A stretch of 64,000 nt of DNA from Octopus sinensis (lineage: Eukaryota), in NCBI RefSeq assembly GCF_006345805.1, contig NC_042999.1, forward strand, positions 114,948,001 through 115,012,000, read 5' to 3'. Below, one piece after another: positions 12,331-26,460 of this stretch; the first letter of the stretch is position 1, and the number at the start of each line of letters is the position of its first letter. The notes under the pieces were generated by a model. The model made no database searches, was not told the DNA's origin, and saw only the letters and a list, made by a program, of their open reading frames with translations. The position numbers were made by a program, and so were the translations under genes.

Positions 12331-13603
12331 GTAATCTTCGTTTATTAAATTTTCACATCTTTAGTTCTGTATGATAGAATTAATCTGTAAAAATATTTTG
12401 AAGCCTAATGCTTTTATTTTATTGTCGTCGATCAACAAAATTTTATTACAATTTAATATTAATATATTTTATAGATCATTAATTGTTACTTCACTTTATT
12501 TTATGGAAACGTTTAAGAACGATTATTTTTTCAACTAAACCTCATTTTATAGATGACTTGAGGGCTTGGAAAACTAATGTGATTTAGAGTATAAGCTAAA
12601 ATTACCTGTAAAATGTATATCTAGAACTTCAAAATCGCGTCATGGTTTGTATATATCAGCGGTAAAGATGTTGAAAATTAACAAGCACAAGAATAAATGT
12701 TTTGAAATGTAATAAATTATTTAATATTCCTTTTCACAGATTAATTATACTATGTATACACAACTAAAGTTATATAATTTTAAAATTGCACAAAGGACAT
12801 TTAGTTCTACGTACCTCTACAGATGCAATACTTGGACACATCGTCAGTGCTGTATTCTGGAGTCAATGGCTGTTTCGGCTCTCACAAGTGACCTAGTCTA
12901 TCCTAATCAAAGCTAAGCCTGTGTCCAAGAGACATTCTATAGACCACGCCGAACATTTTTTATCAGCCAAAGTCATCTAGATGCTTTCTCAGCTGCTTCT
13001 AAGTTGTCCTTGATGACTCTTCTGTTCATTCTTTTAATGCCCAGAGACTTTACTCAGCGTGCGACTCAGAAACCCTCGACTCCAGCTCCATCGACAAATA
13101 CCTCGTCTTCCACCCATTCTTGTGACAGTCCTCCACTAACTCCTGGTAGTTAGCTTTTTTTACTTTCTTGCACCTCCTCCATCCTCTCTTCTCAGGGTAC
13201 AGTTATCACTAATAGGATTAGCTTCCTGATCGTGTTGGAAACTAAAATATCTAGTCTCAAAAAGAGCCTAATGACCTACATGTTAACATTAACTTAACTA
13301 TTGTTTGTCGTGCGGATGGCGTATCTATGCAATCTACTCTTGTAATAGAACATCTAAAGAACACAATCAAAAAGAACAATCCATACCATTCTCTTTTTTC
13401 TTTTTTCTTTTCTTTCATAACAGGGTCGAAGTTCCCTTTGCGTAACGAACACTACTCTATTCTTCTTGGTTCAAGGAAATATTTAACTCTACTTTTCTCA
13501 AAAATCTCTTTCTCATTTATTCCTCTTTTTCTCTTCTATCCCTCTTTTTCTCTTTTATCCCTCTCTTTCGCCTTTAACCGATCTCTCTCACTATCTCTTT
13601 TTA

Positions 13604-13636
<33 letters not shown>

Positions 13637-14143
13637 TTCTCTCTCTCCCCTAGTTTATCTCTCTTCCTTTCTCTTTCACTAGCTCGCTATCTCTCTCACC
13701 TCCCATCCCTCCCACACACACACACCCTCTCGCTCAAGATGAACTGTAGAATGCATTTGAAGGACCCAGACAAAATAACGCTTACTAAAATTTTAAATTT
13801 TAATTTGTGCTTTATATTTAAGAAAAAGAACAATCCACAACAGCAACAATAAAAACGTTAACAAACCAAACAGCAACATCAATAATAATAATGATAATAA
13901 TAAATTTAGATTTTTTATATATAAAAAAAAAAAGAAGAATTGCAAAACAAATTTGAAGATTGCTGAAGCTTTCTGAAGAAAAAAAAAACTTACTAAACTT
14001 CCACCGAAATAGAATCGAAATTGTCATTTGCTTCTTGCTTCCATTTTATTTCACATACAAAATGCGCGCGCACACACATATTATCTATACACATACACTA
14101 CATACATACTACATCATACATACATCATACATAATCACATACA

Positions 14144-14186
<43 letters not shown>

Positions 14187-14205
14187 ATATATATATCATA
14201 TATAT

Positions 14206-14253
<48 letters not shown>

Positions 14254-14825
14254 TTAGTATTTATTGACTCTTGTTAAGTCAACCTGCTTAAGTAAAGAAA
14301 ATTCTCTTCAGATGCCTAATGTCTGCTACAAGCTTCAGTTCGTTTTCCTTATTTCTACCTCTGACTTTATCTCTTTTAACTTTCCTCATATTTTTCTCAT
14401 TCCTCTCCTTTCTTTCTTTTTCCTTCCTTCCTTCCTTCTTTTTTTTTTTTTTCATCCACCCTCCTTTCCTACTTTCATTTTTGCTCGCTTTCTCACTCTG
14501 CTTTGTACTTTTTTTATACTTTTATATATTGTTATCTTTGTCTTTCGTTTATTTGTTGAATCACATATTTTTTTGTTCTTCTTTCTGTCTTAACAATTTT
14601 CATTCCTTCTTTGTTACTTTCACTTTTTTTAAAAGACTTTCTCTGTGTGTATTTGAGTGTTTGAGTGTCCGTGTACGGTTATGTATGCGCGTGTGTAGTT
14701 ATGCGTATGATGATGTATGCTTCTGTGTACGTCTATGTGTATGTACATGCATATGTATAACGGTCTTACATCTACCTGCGTCTGTCTGTATACGTGTGTA
14801 CATAGTATGTTTATATCTATGTATG

Positions 14826-14863
<38 letters not shown>

Positions 14864-14866
14864 GTA

Positions 14867-14897
<31 letters not shown>

Positions 14898-14966
14898 GTG
14901 TGTGTGTATGCATGTATGTATGAATGTATGTATGAATGTATGCGTATGCATATATACACATATCTT

Positions 14967-14998
<32 letters not shown>

Positions 14999-15447
14999 GT
15001 GTGTGTGTGTGTGTGTATACATACATATGTATGTACAAGTATATGCATATATGTATGAATGCATGTACGCATATATGCAACATGAGTGTGAAATAGTACG
15101 TACGTATGGTGTATGATTCATTCTGTATGTGCGTGTGAGTGCTTGTCACAGCAATTCTGCTTGCGTATATCTGTGTGCGTGTGTGTGTATGTGTGCGTGT
15201 GTATGTGCGTGTTCTGTTTCTAAGTCTGTACAGGTAGAATTAATCTAGCAAGACCAGTTGCAATAGACCAAAAGACATAGTGCTAAGTCACTCGAGTTAC
15301 CATGTCTTTTTGCCAATGGAATTCCGAAGGGAATAAAAAAAAAACGTAAATGTTTGTTTTTGTAGATTTTTGTCGTATTTTTTGTCTTACATCTCTTTAA
15401 CACTCCAACACACGAAATTGCACAACCATACGCACACACACACGCAT

Positions 15448-15496
<49 letters not shown>

Positions 15497-15878
15497 CACA
15501 CACACGCTCACACACACGCTCACACACACGCTCACACATACATGTCTGCGTGTGTACGCAAGCGCTCTCACATCCCTCTTCTCATAGTTTTCTCTTTTTG
15601 TCTTTTTTGCCTTTACTTTTTTCCACCTATTACTATTATAACTCTTTTCCAACTCTCATAATATATATATATGTGTGCGTGTGTGTGCGTGTGTGTGTGT
15701 GTCTATATATATATATATTTTCATATATACACACATATATATATGTTTATACGTATGTATGTATATACATGCGTATATATATATATATATACTTATATTT
15801 ATATATATAATATGTGTGTGTGTGTATAGATATAGATAGATAGTTATAGATATGTATGTAGGTATGTACGTTGTATAA

Positions 15879-15936
<58 letters not shown>

Positions 15937-16033
15937 GTATAATATATATGTATATATATATGCATATAGATATATATACCATACAATATTTACTATACAT
16001 ATATATTATAAATGTGTGTGTGTGTGTATATAT

Positions 16034-16117
<84 letters not shown>

Positions 16118-16289
16118 CATATGAGTTTATATAGACACACTTATGCGTGTATATGTCTTTTTTAGTCGATTATGTTTATTTTACTTCTATGTTCCCATTT
16201 TATAGTTTTTTCTCTATCATTCTCTCTTCATTCGCTTTCACCGCCATCCTACCTCTACTTTTGAACTTTATTCTCTGTTTCTCTCACTA

Positions 16290-16326
<37 letters not shown>

Positions 16327-16729
16327 CTCTCTTCTCTCCTCTTCTCTTCCCTTCCGCCTCGATTTTACCTTTATAGATCAATCAAAAGAATTTGGACAGA
16401 AAACAAATTCCCTCTTTCTCTGTTGTTTCATCGTCCAAATTACACTAGTTTTTATATATCTACATGGAACCGTTCTAGTTTTATCTTCACGCTACTTTAC
16501 AGAAACCTATACAACACAGATAAAATAAATGGGTTCGAAAAAGATAAAAAATAAACGCGAAAAAAAAACTTCTGTTGCTTCTTCTACATTACTATATAGA
16601 CATTTGTTATCATCACCATCATCATCATTATCATCATCAACGTCATCTCCATCTTTAACACCTTCACAATCATAATAATAATAATAATAATAATAATAAT
16701 ATAATAATAATAATAATAATAATTTATTA

Positions 16730-17040
16730 CATAGGCACAAGGCCTCAGATTTAGATGGGGAATATTTGCTGATCATATCAGCGCCTGTAGTTGACTGTGC
16801 ATTATTTTTTCGAACCAGGAGTGATGAAAGATAAAGTTAACCTCGACAGGCAAGATTTGAATGCAGAATGTAAAAAGTTTTCGCAATAACATTAATAATT
16901 GCCTCTTACATAAGCACAAGGTCTATCATTTTGAGGGGTGACAGTCGATTACATCGATCGCAGTACTTGATTCGTTCTTCATTTAATCAACCTCCAAAAA
17001 AATAAAAGGTAAAGTTGCCATCGGTGGAATTTGAACTTAG
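16730..17040 (-). mobile_element. Two degenerate SINE family B copies next to (TAA)n
   Basis: GGCACAAGG...GATGAAAGATAAAGTTAACCTCG and AGGTAAAGTTGCCATCGGTGGAATTTGAAC match the family B reverse complement. Confidence 0.65.
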
Positions 17041-18270
17041 TCTCCACTTGACGCAGGGCTGTAACTCTGTCAAAGAGACGAGGGGGGAAAAAACATGTCT
17101 GACAAAAGATGATCACACCTGCCCACCATCAAAGAAAAGCTGTTGATGACACAGCCTCAGCAGGCGGATGTCTACACGCTATTAGCCACGGCATACACTG
17201 TCTTCCACTCAGCAAGTCTTGACAGTAAATTAGTTAATTGGAGAGACTGACCAATAGAACGCGTCACCTCCACAGAAAGCGGGAGAGCAGACGTTCCAGT
17301 CAGTTCAGATGTAAATTGGAGAAAGGCTTGACAGGCGTAATAGCTGATGCACGCGATGTGAACGTTCGCCCCTCTTTCCGACCTTTCAAGGGTATCTCAC
17401 TCTCAGCAAGGCGGCGAGCTGGCAGAAACGTTAGCAAGCCGGGTGAAATGCTTAGCGGTATTTCGTCTGCCGCTACGTTCTGAGTTCAAATTCCGCCGAG
17501 GTTGACTTTGCCTTTCATTCTTTCGGGGTCGATTAAATACGTACCAGTTACGCGCTGGGGTCAATATAATCGACTTAATCCGTTTGTCTGTCCTTGTTTG
17601 TCCCTTCTGTGTTTAGCCCCTTGTGGATAGTAAAGAAATAGGTATCTCACTCTCATCCTATTTGTGAGTGAAACTGGTTACCCTGTTCAACCCCTCGTCC
17701 TGATCCTTGCCCAAGTGGAGGACTGGACTAAGCCAGAAACCGAGCAGTTTAGTCAGTTCGTCCATCCAGCACCTTATGATTTTGGTACCAAGCTACCGGT
17801 CCACTGACGTTTCCTGCTTAATTTTCTCGCCTGTCTCTGCCCTGTATTCACTCAAAGTGACGCCGACTACCTCTGTGTGCTTGGTATCTACCTCTATTAT
17901 AGTCACATTGTCAACACAGATCTTCCACATTCTAGTTCACGTGGGATGCTTCTCAACGTCTCAGTTTCCGCACTAGTGGGTCTAGTATCTCTACGTACAG
18001 AAGAAATGTAAGTGGACGACCTTGGTGGACTGATTGAATGATACTGAACCGGTCTGGTAGATGGCCATTTACTCCGATCACCGAACGGATATCACTGCAC
18101 ATTACAGCGATCCAGCACCTGAAAATGCTGCTGTAACCAGCCACTTTAAGGAGATCCGTCAAGCACCAATGGTGGACATGTATATAGTGATTTTTCTGGG
18201 CATTCTAAGAATTATTCGAAACCTGTTTAGGTTTAACTTTTCTGAGAATGGCCCATACCAGTGATACTTA
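17041..18270 (-). mobile_element. Decayed Tx1/L1-like LINE RT fragment, interrupted by a SINE
   Basis: IRSVIGVNGHLPDRFSIIQSVHQGRPLTFLLYVEILDPLVRKLR corresponds to the RQGCPLSPLLY motif of L1/Tx1 RTs. Confidence 0.7.
17408..17640 (+). mobile_element. SINE family B, long-tail subfamily, full length with 15-bp TSD
   Basis: AAGGCGGCGAGCTGGCAGAAACG...TAGTAAAGAAATA; TSD GGTATCTCACTCTCA at 17391-17405 and 17641-17655. Confidence 0.9.
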
Positions 18271-18379
18271 GAGTTTGTCAAAGGCTTTGCGGAAAAGTAA
18301 GGCAATTCATCTTCATTTTAATGATTTTCAATAACTTTTAAGATTGAGAAACTATTATTTTAAAAAGTATATCATCGCA

Positions 18380-18852
18380 ATTGGATTGACTCCTTTCAAA
18401 TTGCAAATTTTATAAAGCCAAAATATCTGAATAATAGCCTCTTCCGTGGTTTTTGTTGTTCAATCAGATCTCAGATATGAACATTTAATATATTATTCGG
18501 AGATTAGCTGGTTATCTCGCGGAAAAGTTCGGCAGTGAGCTATGTCACTGCGAAGTGAAGTAGAAATTTTTTATCTGACATATAAAAAAAAAATCATACT
18601 TTAGCTTCAAGATTCTCAGATAGCAAGTCAATGCTTCAGTTAGTTTATTTTTTCCGGTATTTTATTTTTTTAATTGAATGACTTAAATATCTCTCTACAA
18701 GGCCGTGATCAAACAATTATTGGTTTAATGGAGAAAATAAATGCGCTTAAAGAAAAGCTCAAATTGTGGAGAAGGAAAGTTGAGCAAGAAAAAATGCAAC
18801 TTCATCCAGTATTCAGTCTACTGAAAAAAGATTACAATAATAATTATTATTA

Positions 18853-18894
<42 letters not shown>

Positions 18895-18957
18895 TGTCAT
18901 CATCATCATCGTCGTCGTCATTATCATCATCATCATCATCATTATTATCATTACTAT

Positions 18958-18992
<35 letters not shown>

Positions 18993-19320
18993 TTTTAATT
19001 TCAATTTTAATGACGTACAGGATATTATTTTGAAACATTTAGCAAAATTGATAACAGAATTTAGATTCAGTCGTTGCATTCCAACAGAGGATGCTGAGAT
19101 ATATTTAGTACTAGCATTAACGATTTGCATGAGAATTTTGTCGATATTAATAAATGTAGCAGTTATAATTTCAATGAGAATGTCGAATTTATCGGTGCTT
19201 TTTTGCTGAATGTTAAGGCGGAGAAACCAGTTGTTGGAAAGAAAGCAATGAAGGTGCTTCTTCCCTTTACTACAAATATTTGTGAGAATTAAGCTTTTTA
19301 AAGACTTTTAACTTCATTTG
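18380..19320 (+). mobile_element. Decayed hAT (Buster/Charlie-type) transposase with an internal trinucleotide microsatellite
   Basis: SWLSRGKV, LNDLNISLQGRDQTIIGLMEKINALKEKLKLWRRKVE and KKAMKVLLPFTTNICE motifs; (ATT)(ATC)(ACT)n block at ~18835-18995. Confidence 0.8.
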
Positions 19321-20786
19321 AATATTTATTATTTGTTATTTGGTGTCAGTGACCAGGTCGTAGTTCGCGCAAACAAAATTTTGATACCCTATAACAAATA
19401 ATAAATGTTTAAGTGAATTTAACTGTCTGTTTTCCACGCTGCAGTCGTTTTAGTTTCATCACAGAGTCTCAGATCAAATCATTTGCCTGACAAGTACACC
19501 TCCGAAACAAGGTTTTCAATCTTAATTACAAAAATGAAACGAAGAAATTGATTGAAACCAGAAACTGATTGCGACAAAGGCGTAACTTATTGAAGATGAA
19601 ACCTACACCGAAGGAACTTCTCAACTTGTCCAAACCAACGAAATTCCATAAAAGTGCTAACAATTTCATAGTATTTAAGTAATGAATTTTAGAAAATTGC
19701 CACAAATTGGCGGGCGTATACAGAGCGCTCAAAAAGCCTAAGGCTTCCTAACTATAGATTCCGACTATTCTCTAATTGATATTACTAAATCTTGATATAA
19801 AATATCCTTAATATAATATTCTAAAATTCAATATAATCTTTCACAATAGCGAACGTAATATTATTGCTACAACGGAAGTTATTAAAAGACAAGTGATGAG
19901 CCATGCTACAGTTAGTTATGTATCCAAAACTTAAATCATTATTTGTGAGGCTTATCAATGTTTATTTTCATAAAGTAAATGATGCCGAAAACTAAATTTA
20001 GCACATCATCATAATTTTAAAATTAATTGGCTATTCTCAGTTGCAGATTTAGTGTTCAAGCAATAAAATTTATTTTCAATATTTAGTAGAATTACGGAGA
20101 AAATTGAGCGAAATCTTCCTCCATTTTCCCATTACACAAAACTAAATCAGTTTCCTTGTCTTAATTAGATATTAGATTATTACTTATTGTATTTACTCAT
20201 ATATTAAATATACTAAAGAAAATCTATAGTGAACTAGATAAAAACAATTTACTGACTTCCTTTTTATTACAAGTTTTGTGTTACCATCTTAAAATTACAT
20301 ACTACTTGGGGTTGCTATTCTAAAAGGTTGAGTAATACTGACGGAGAGAGTCAGTTATTGGATCGATAGAGGTTTAAAGCTAAATTAAGCATAGCACCGA
20401 ACTAGATGTTTTACATCGAATCCAGGAATTTCTTTACCAAGACGTTCTTAGGATAACTTCGATAAGAGACAGCAATGATGATGATGACGACCATGACGAC
20501 CATGACAGTGATCATCGAATGGAGATTGTCGACAATAGTACACCTATCTTTGGGAGGTAGGATAGACTTAGTCACCCGTTTTATTATTATCACTTACGGA
20601 GACCGTTGAGCTCACTTTCGTGAGACACATTCTCGATTTTGAAATCTACTGCATCTTTCGAGTGTTGTTAACTCTCCATCATAACTAGTTTGCTCCTTCG
20701 ATCACTGACCATCACTGAGACACTCCTCGCAACAATACGAAAAGTCATTAAACTCTGCTCTTCTTCTTCTGACTAAAGAAAAAAAA

Positions 20787-21130
20787 TGAGGAGGAGGAGG
20801 AGGAGGAAGCTGATGTCGACGACGATGAAGATGACGATGTCGATGATGATGATGATGATGATGATGACGACAACGATGACGATGACGACGATGACGATGA
20901 CGAAGATGCCGATGACGATTTCGATGACGATGAGGGAGCGGATGTGGGGGGGAGGAGGAGAAGGGGAGGAAGAAGAGGGAAGGAATAGAAGGAGGAAGAA
21001 GAAGAGCAGGGGAGGAAGAGGAGGAGGCGGAGGATAGCAGTGGTGCTCAGAGGCATACTGATGAAATGGATACAGCTGTATCAGAAAATATCAACACCCA
21101 CAGCAACAGCATCAACAACAGCAGGCAGTA

Positions 21131-21169
<39 letters not shown>

Positions 21170-21240
21170 AAGAAAAGAAGAAGAAGAAGAAGAAGAAGAA
21201 GAAGAAGAAGAAGAAGAAGAAGATGATGATGATGACGATT
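20787..21240. repeat. Compound trinucleotide repeats (GAG, GAT/GAC, GTA, GAA)
   Basis: Seen directly. Confidence 0.95.
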
Positions 21241-21518
21241 AAAACAAGAACAACAACAATTACAATACACAGCAAGAACAATTTTGCAAGTGTAAAAGAA
21301 ACGAATTGCTGCCTGGCTGAAGCTGACAATGTATGTGTGTATGTGTGTGTGATTGAATGTGTATGTGTATCGATATATACACACACATACACATATTTAC
21401 ATACAGGTGTATGCATGCCTATATAATATATATGTATTTATATTTTCATTCATATATATGCATATACATATATTCCTGTGTATATATATATGTATGAATG
21501 TATACATAACATATGTGT

Positions 21519-21555
<37 letters not shown>

Positions 21556-21681
21556 ATATGTATGTATATATAAATATATATATATATACATATATATGCA
21601 TATATAAATATATATATATACACATACATACATATATATATATATACATACACATACATATATATATTTACATACACATGC

Positions 21682-21714
<33 letters not shown>

Positions 21715-22734
21715 CAGACACCACACACATACATGTACATACACGTAATGCCTCATTCGATACTAAATGCTCAGTGGTGCACATATATTTTACTATTTTT
21801 CAGAGAAAGCAGTAATAATGTGCGGTGACTGGCTAAAGTTCTGCCAAACACAGCCATTTTGGAGCTCAGTCTTGCGACAAAATGAGAGAAGACAAAATTT
21901 GTTTAAAAAAATAGAATGTGTGTGTGTGTGCGCGCGCGTATGTGTGTGTATGTGTGCGTGTGAATATGTGTGTACGTGTGTGTACGTATGTATATACATG
22001 TGTATATGTGTGTGTACACTACGGCCATGTATCACACACACACCTATATATAGACATACATATATGTGCATATTACATATTATATGCATACATATATATT
22101 TACAAGCATATATATGCATGCATAAACATATACGTGTATGTGTGCGTGTGTATGTGTATCAATATACACGCGCGCACACACGCACACGCGCATGTATGTA
22201 TATATGTATGTATATGCGCGTATGAAGACACACAAACGCACGTGTATGTCTGCACATCCGTATAGATACTGTCACGCAAACCTACATACACACACAAAAT
22301 GGTGTGTGTGTAAGTGTGTGTGTGTGAGTGTGTGTATGTGTGTGTTTATGCATGGATCTGTGTATATGTGCATAAGTATGCATGTGAGTGTATGTATATA
22401 TTGTCTGTAAGCCTAGTCAGCTAGAGCTATTTAGGTGATTCCTAGGTTAACTCTTTCTATCCTCGAGTAAAATTCATATAATTTCGTGCATTACATTACA
22501 TTTTGTAGGGATTTTATCCAGTGTAAGAATCGAGGAAAAAAATGCAAATGAAACGAATCGATAAATTTTTTGATCTGTAGACTAATTATGAAAGCGTTTG
22601 CAATTATTATTTTTTTTTAATATTCCAATGATTTACGGTAAATAGATAAGTTTATATTTTTAAGGACGAGGGCTTTTTTTCTGCCCCAAAAAAGACACGA
22701 GGTTACAAATATATTCTTTTATTCTTTTCTTCTT

Positions 22735-22935
22735 TTACTTGTTTTAGTCATTTGACTGCGGCCATGCTGGAGCACCGCCTTTAGTTGAGCAAGTCGACAC
22801 CGGGACTTATTCATTGTAAGCCTAGTACTTATTCTATCGGTTTCTTTTGCTGAACCGCTAAGTTACGGGGACGTAAACACACCAGCATCGGTTGTCAAGC
22901 GATGATGAGGGTACAAACACAGACACACAAAATGT

Positions 22936-22993
<58 letters not shown>

Positions 22994-23522
22994 TATATAT
23001 AATATATATATATATATATACATGTATATATTTATAATATAATATATATCTATATATATAAGATATATATATATATATGATATAATATAAATAATATATA
23101 AATATATGCATATATACATACATATATGTACATACCCCTACATATATATGTAAATATACGTACATATGTGGGTACAGGACATAAACAAACATGAACAAAA
23201 TGAGAAACGAGAACATAAAAAACAAAAACATAGAAAACGAACTTTTTTTCGAACAACGAAAGAAACAAATAGAGAAACGCGACAGACAGCATAAAAAACA
23301 TTCGCTTCATCAATTGTCCCCTGTTTTATCTACTCCGCGTTTCGAAGGTAGGGACATACGACGGACTTCTTTCAGTTTCCGTTTACCAAATCCGCTCACA
23401 AGGCTTTGGTCGGCCCGAAGCTATAGTAGAAGACACTTGTCCAAGGTGCCACGCAGTGGGACTGAATCCGGAACCATGTAGTTGGGAAGCAAGCTTTTTA
23501 CCACACAGACACTCCTGCGCCT
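22735..23522 (-). mobile_element. SINE family A with expanded internal (CA)/(TA)n and an extra ~200-bp insert (~23140-23345)
   Basis: Tail at 22735-22930 and head at 23357-23522 match 286-730 in reverse. Confidence 0.85.
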
Positions 23523-23749
23523 AAAAAAAAAATTAATTCCACTGTTTGTTTGTTTGGTCTTTTTTTGTTTGTTTGTTTTTTTGTTGTTGTTCCAAGAGGC
23601 TGAAGAGTAAATTCGTCACTGGAAGGCTTTGAACTCGGTTCATAAAGAAACGTGACTTAACATAAATAGCATGAAGCATTTCGGCCGTCGCTCTAACAGT
23701 CACAGACATTTTTGTGCCAAAGATATTAAATGAAATTATGGCTGTTCTG

Positions 23750-23955
23750 CGAGGTAGCGAGCTGGCAGAATCGTTAGCACACCGGACAAATTCGTCCGTC
23801 GTTACTGTCAGTTCAAATTCTACCGAGGACGACTTTACTTTTCTTCCCTTTCGGGGTAGAGGAAATAAGCACCAGTGAAGTACTGCGGTCAATGTAATTA
23901 ACTAGACCTCTTTTCCAAAATTTCAGGCCTTTTGCCTATAGTAGAAATGATATTA
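23750..23955 (+). mobile_element. SINE family B, short-tail subfamily
   Basis: GAGGTAGCGAGCTGGCAGAATCG...CCAAAATTTCAGGCCTTTTGCCTATAGTAGAAA. Confidence 0.8.
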
Positions 23956-24289
23956 TTGCTGTTCTACCACATTACGGTATATTTCTGAATAAGATGAGCT
24001 TCTATAGCCATTGTTTATATCCGATCTCAAGTAGCATTAAACAGAAATTAAAGAAATGTCCAAGTCATTTGTATGTACTTCCTGGATATGGTATTAGGCT
24101 ACCGCAGAAAGTTTTCTCTCTATAAAGGGAAAAGATTTAAACTTGAGATTGAAAGACAATCAATTGCTCAACAATGGGTGCTTTTCGCAAAGACTACTTG
24201 GTTGCAAACATTCGGAACAAATCAATGGTCTAAAGAGAACTTCCTTTCCCCTGTGGCGGGGAACCTGAAAAAATTCATTGCCGTGGCCC

Positions 24290-24530
24290 TTCTTTCTCTG
24301 AGTAAGCCATCCATCCGTCCATCTCTTTCATCCACTATTACATCTATCTCCATCTACTATTCCTGAGAGAGTCGGCCATAAGATCCTATCAGAAGCATCC
24401 GTCTTCCACTGCTGTGACCTCTCAATTCGGAGAAGTAGCGTCTGGACCCGGAGAGATTCCCTGGTCTCCCAGCTGCACATCCTGTCGAATAACGTTACTC
24501 CAGAAATCTTTCGGAAGAAATTCATACAAT
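24290..24530 (-). mobile_element. RTE-clade LINE 3' fragment
   Basis: MNFFRKISGVTLFDRMCSWETRESLRVQTLLLRIERSQ resembles the RTE RT C-terminal region (MxFLRRIxGVTxxDRxRxxxIRxxL). Confidence 0.65.
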
Positions 24531-25077
24531 TTAAAAAAGAATACTACTTACAACAAACCTGCTTTACAGTCTATGTCATTACAAAATTTTACGCTACCTA
24601 CTTACCAACCTGGTTGACTGAGCCTTCCACCTCTTTTCTTTTCACCCATCCAGCCTCTTTCCCAACTCGTTGGACTATCCATTTCCCCAGTCCCCAGAAG
24701 CTGATCTCTATAGATCTTTGAGTTTCTGTTTCTGTAGTGAGATAAATCTATTTAAGAATAGAAACACCATTGTATTACAGCAAGCAACTTTCCACACTGA
24801 TGTATCTACTATCTTTCCTGCATAATCACACATTTAAACGACATGATTGTGTGGATTAGGAATTGGACCACCAGTTCATAGATGGTGAATCAAAATCCAC
24901 TGTATGCGTTTCTTTTCGTCCCTAGAGTGGAACCGTTATTCTACTACTTTTTTCAATTCATCTAACTACAGGAAATAGCTAAAATAAAACACTAATGAAG
25001 TACTAGGGTCGATGTAATCGACTAGCCTTTTCTCCCAACTTTCAGGCATTGTGTCTATACCAGAAAGCATTATTAGT

Positions 25078-25304
25078 AAGGCGGCGAGCTGGCAGAAACG
25101 TTAGCAACCGGGCGAAATGCTTAGCAGTATTTCGTCTGCCGTTCTGAGATCAATTTCCGCCGAGGTCGACTTTGCATTTCATCCTTTCGGTATCGATTAA
25201 ATAAGCACTAGTTACGCACTGGGGTCGATATAATCGACTTAATCCGTTTGTCTGTCGTTGTTTGTCCCCTCTGTGTGTAGCCCCTTGTAGGCAGTAAAGA
25301 AATA
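25078..25304 (+). mobile_element. SINE family B, long-tail copy with 14-bp TSD
   Basis: TSD AGAAAGCATTATTA at 25062-25075 and 25305-25318. Confidence 0.9.
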
Positions 25305-25310
25305 AGAAAG

Positions 25311-25353
<43 letters not shown>

Positions 25354-25355
<2 letters not shown>

Positions 25356-25540
25356 GGTGACGAGCTGGCAGAATCGTTAGCACGCTTAGCGGCATTTCAT
25401 CTGTTTTTACGTTCTGAGTTCAAATTCTGCCGAGGCCGACTTTGCCTTTCACCCCAAATACCAGTTGCGCACAGGCATCGATATAAACGGCTAGACCCCT
25501 CCCACCAAAATTTCAGGCCTTGAGCCAAAATTTAAAATCA
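25354..25540 (+). mobile_element. SINE family B, short-tail copy with internal deletions
   Basis: Family motifs; flanked by (ATT)n. Confidence 0.8.
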
Positions 25541-25575
<35 letters not shown>

Positions 25576-25576
<1 letters not shown>

Positions 25577-26319
25577 TATGTTTGGCTTTTGCCTTATGTC
25601 TGTACAAGTTGGCTCCAAGTCTCACCCAGAGACCTCAAGAGACAACAGGTTGGAAGTTCTGTGCCATATATTTGGGTTTTTTTGGGGGTTTTTTTGTGTT
25701 GTACTAGTGAATGTCTAATACATAAAAATAAAAATTAAAAAAATAAATAAATAAATAAAATAATAATAAAAATTTAAAAAATTAAAAAAAGTTTGTTTTA
25801 AACCTTGAGATTACATACAGAGTATTTTGCGTAGGATATGAACAGTTCCCATGATCACTATCTTTTGAATTTCTGCAATTTTGGGGTTTCCTGGTATCTG
25901 AGTTAGGTAGCAATCAGTCCCTTTCGCTATCATTCCCAGGGCACCTATGACAACAGGTATTGTTTTAGTCTTCAGCTTCCACATTTTGCTGATTTCTATT
26001 TCAAGATCTTTATATTTGCTCAGTTTTTGGTAGGTCTTGACAGATACGTTTATATCGATTGGGACAGTCATATCAATGAGGAGGCATGTTCTTTGTCTGA
26101 AGTCTTTCAATATGATGTCTGGCCTATTTGCATCTATCTTCCTGTCAGTTTGAATGGTGAAGTTCCAGAGGAGTGAGATGTGGTCATTTTCAAACACTGG
26201 AGGTGGATTGTGTTCCCACCAGTTTTTTTCATGGGGCAAATCCAGGTTTTGCAAATTACCAGTGAATATATTGTGCAGCTCTATCATGCCTACTGAGGTA
26301 CTCTGTAGGCGCTAGAGAC
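25576..26319 (-). mobile_element. 5'-truncated R4/Dong-like non-LTR retrotransposon (restriction-like endonuclease domain) inserted in (TAA)n
   Basis: LAPTEYLSRHDRAAQYIHW, then ORF 25811-26287 LWNFTIQTDRKIDANRPDII...LLIDMTVP...KLSKYKDLEIEISKMW...IPVVIGALG (PD-D-xK RLE). (TTA)n on both sides. Confidence 0.85.
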
Positions 26320-26354
26320 TTATTATTATTATTATTATTATTATATTATTATTA

Positions 26355-26397
<43 letters not shown>

Positions 26398-26416
26398 TAT
26401 TATTATTATTATTATA

Positions 26417-26459
<43 letters not shown>

Positions 26460-26460
<1 letters not shown>

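Noticed and set aside
12840-13260. Possible decayed LINE 3' fragment on the minus strand
   Set aside because: Only a vague resemblance; no diagnostic motif could be read with confidence.
23271-23355. Minus-strand CCTTCGAAACGCGG...TTGATGAAG, a possible permuted (type II) hammerhead in the SINE-internal insert
   Set aside because: I could not build a convincing stem I or stem III; the insert may still be pLTR-derived.
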